This document shows, piece after piece, positions 30,362 to 32,000 of a stretch of 32,000 nucleotides of DNA; position 1 is the stretch's first letter, and the number at the start of each line of letters is the position of its first letter. A model generated the notes under the pieces. The model saw nothing but the letters and a program-made list of their open reading frames with translations, did no database searches and was not told where the DNA came from. The DNA comes from Raphidiopsis brookii D9 (GTDB lineage Bacteria > Cyanobacteriota > Cyanobacteriia > Cyanobacteriales > Nostocaceae). Location: the NCBI GenBank assembly GCA_000175855.1, contig ACYB01000016.1:30001-62000 (forward strand), read 5' to 3'. The translations under genes were made by a program, and so were the position numbers.

Positions 30362-31114
30362 ATGGGTCTCAAAAAGTTCAAACTAGCATTAAATTGGTTG
30401 TTTTATAAACAATCTATAAAGCTATATGGGGAATCAGAAAAAATTCGAGATGATTTGTTACAGGAGTCTTTTACTATCCGTCGCGGTTTGGAAGCATTGA
30501 AAATTCAACACTGTAATTTATTAAATAACCAAGTAATGGGTTATCCATCGCCAGGTTTTTATCCTGTAAGTTCTCAACTAATCAGTGCTTATTTACCACA
30601 TAATGAATCACCAAATCAATCATTTAATACTTCAATTTCTGAACATATTAAAAGGGTGGAAAACTTTCATCACTCCCTAGTTGATTTAAGCGATCGCCTG
30701 TTTCCAATTTATATTGAAGAGAGTCTACCTTTATCCATTCAGTGTTTGCTAGATTCTTGTTTTCTTGCTCATCCTCACATATCAGTTGATTTTGACATGC
30801 CCAGTTATTGGAGGAAGGAGTCAGCACAATTTAGTCTGCTGACTTTAAGAACTCTTCAGGAATTAATGTCTATAACTGTACCAACTTTTTCCGATCCTCT
30901 ATCAATTTATATAAATTTGAAAGACCGGAAAAATATTCGGGAACTAACTCTGGAAATTATTTACCCCGATATTTCTACTTTGTTATTTTATTCTGGTTTA
31001 CCGGAATTAAAATATCTCAGTAGTAGCTGGGAATTTTTAATTTCTGGTAAATGTTTTTATCATATAGTCAATTACAAAAGTAACTACAAAATAGCCTGGT
31101 TTTTTTGCTGGTGA
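30362..31114 (+). CDS. Soluble histidine-kinase-like protein (HisKA_3/HATPase-like layout, apparently degenerate)
   Basis: 250-aa ORF. EKIRDDLLQESFTIRRGLEAL resembles the R-I-A-R-E-L-H-D..Q.L H-box but has Leu at the His position. SLVDLSDRLFPIYIEESLPLSIQCLL resembles the second DHp helix. The ATP-lid N and G boxes are not recognisable. The alignment was made by eye only. Confidence 0.35.
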   Translation: MGLKKFKLALNWLFYKQSIKLYGESEKIRDDLLQESFTIRRGLEALKIQHCNLLNNQVMGYPSPGFYPVSSQLISAYLPHNESPNQSFNTSISEHIKRVENFHHSLVDLSDRLFPIYIEESLPLSIQCLLDSCFLAHPHISVDFDMPSYWRKESAQFSLLTLRTLQELMSITVPTFSDPLSIYINLKDRKNIRELTLEIIYPDISTLLFYSGLPELKYLSSSWEFLISGKCFYHIVNYKSNYKIAWFFCW

Positions 31115-31294
31115 ATTGAGGTAAATCCCGATAAATCGCCAGGATAGAAATTCAGATCTTAGCTTTCTGACTAGCAGAATAGGTTCTAAATCTTTCTCTA
31201 AAGTTCAGGAATTTTCTCCATGAGGGGTGAAGTACCTCATCCTCAACTAAATAGAATCCATACAATTTATTAGGTAAAGGTTCATCATTTTTTA

Positions 31295-32000
31295 ATGTTG
31301 ATAATGCAACATCAAATACAACATTTATTACCTGATCAATTAACCGTTCAATCCACTAATCAAACTAATAAACTGCTGAAGATATTAGTCATTGATGACC
31401 ATGAATCGGTTCTGAACGGGACGATTTACATTTTGCGTAAAAACTATCCCAGTGCTGAATTTATAACTGCAACAGATGTGCAAACAACTGTGGACCAGGT
31501 AACTAATAGACAACCTGATCTCATAGTTATGGATCTTTCCATACCTGAAAGACAAGGAATGACTGCTCGCACTGATAATGGTATTCAACTACTAAAGACC
31601 TTGATGAAACAACATCCCCATCTGAATATTGTTGTTCAAAGCGCCCACAGCAAAACCCTAGTGCGAATTCGGTTAAATATTGACAGTCATCAAGGAGGTT
31701 TTACCATTGCTAATAAAAGTGTTTCTATTCAGGAGATGTTAACCAGGGTTGATTGGGCATTACAAGGACTAACTCACACTAAGGATATTAAGGGAATTAA
31801 CTCGGGAATGGAGGTAAAACCAGAGTGGTTAAAAGTTTTATATTTGGCCTTTGAGCGGGGATTACAAGATAAAGCTATTGCTCAAGAAATGTGTGTTTCT
31901 GAACGAATGGTACGTCATTATTGGAATAAGTTACAAGATGCTCTCAATATCTATCCAGAGGTCGGTAAAAATATTCGTATTCAAACGGAAAAACAAGCTA
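31295..32000 (+). CDS. NarL/LuxR-type response regulator, 3'-truncated by the window edge
   Basis: Hand translation of frame 2 gives MLIMQHQ...KILVIDDHESVLNGT...PDLIVMDLSIPE...NIVVQSAH...FTIANKS (receiver). It continues with PEWLKVLYLAFERGLQDKAIAQEMCVSERMVRHYWNKLQDAL (LuxR-type HTH). It is absent from the ORF track because no stop is reached. Confidence 0.8.
   Translation, partial: MLIMQHQIQHLLPDQLTVQSTNQTNKLLKILVIDDHESVLNGTIYILRKNYPSAEFITATDVQTTVDQVTNRQPDLIVMDLSIPERQGMTARTDNGIQLLKTLMKQHPHLNIVVQSAHSKTLVRIRLNIDSHQGGFTIANKSVSIQEMLTRVDWALQGLTHTKDIKGINSGMEVKPEWLKVLYLAFERGLQDKAIAQEMCVSERMVRHYWNKLQDALNIYPEVGKNIRIQTEKQA

Noticed and set aside
31385-31588. Minus-strand ORF of 67 aa
   Set aside because: It is antisense to the clearly recognisable receiver domain of the LuxR-type response regulator.

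Overview
This is a cyanobacterial chromosomal window. It carries photosystem I, cytochrome b6f and carboxysome shell genes, and the HIP1 palindrome GCGATCGC is strongly over-represented. Protein sequences look Nostocales-like from memory, which I cannot verify without a search.

Bases 1-23.7 kb are ordinary core genome:
- the end of the str operon (fusA-tuf-rpsJ)
- a LON-N-domain protein, remA-gmk, and psaL-psaJ-psaF
- tsaD, two alpha/beta hydrolases, a GNAT, tRNA-Pro, petM, a ycf39-like gene and nadK
- an OmpR-type regulator, tRNA-Leu, a peroxiredoxin and a fused double ABC ATPase
- two TSUP permeases plus a DUF1634 protein, an SRPBCC protein, a B12-type radical SAM enzyme, ccmK3-ccmK4 and a HetZ-related protein

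Bases 23.7-32 kb form a visibly AT-richer accessory locus, and this is the main finding. It holds five small genes for peptides with a double-glycine-type leader. Each gene has its own conserved upstream element and hairpin, and two are a near-identical 443-bp tandem duplicate. They are followed on the same strand by a C39-peptidase ABC exporter (PCAT), a HlyD-type adaptor (frameshifted as assembled), a kinase-like protein that seems to lack the phospho-accepting His, and a LuxR-type response regulator cut by the window end.

GG-peptide/PCAT clusters are known in cyanobacteria from genome mining. The peptide family and the linked regulator pair here are what look uncharacterised.

Three genes carry frameshifts, all inside homopolymer runs (C4, C4, A7). 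This more likely reflects assembly error than biology.

All functional calls rest on motif recognition by eye. No search or folding program was run.
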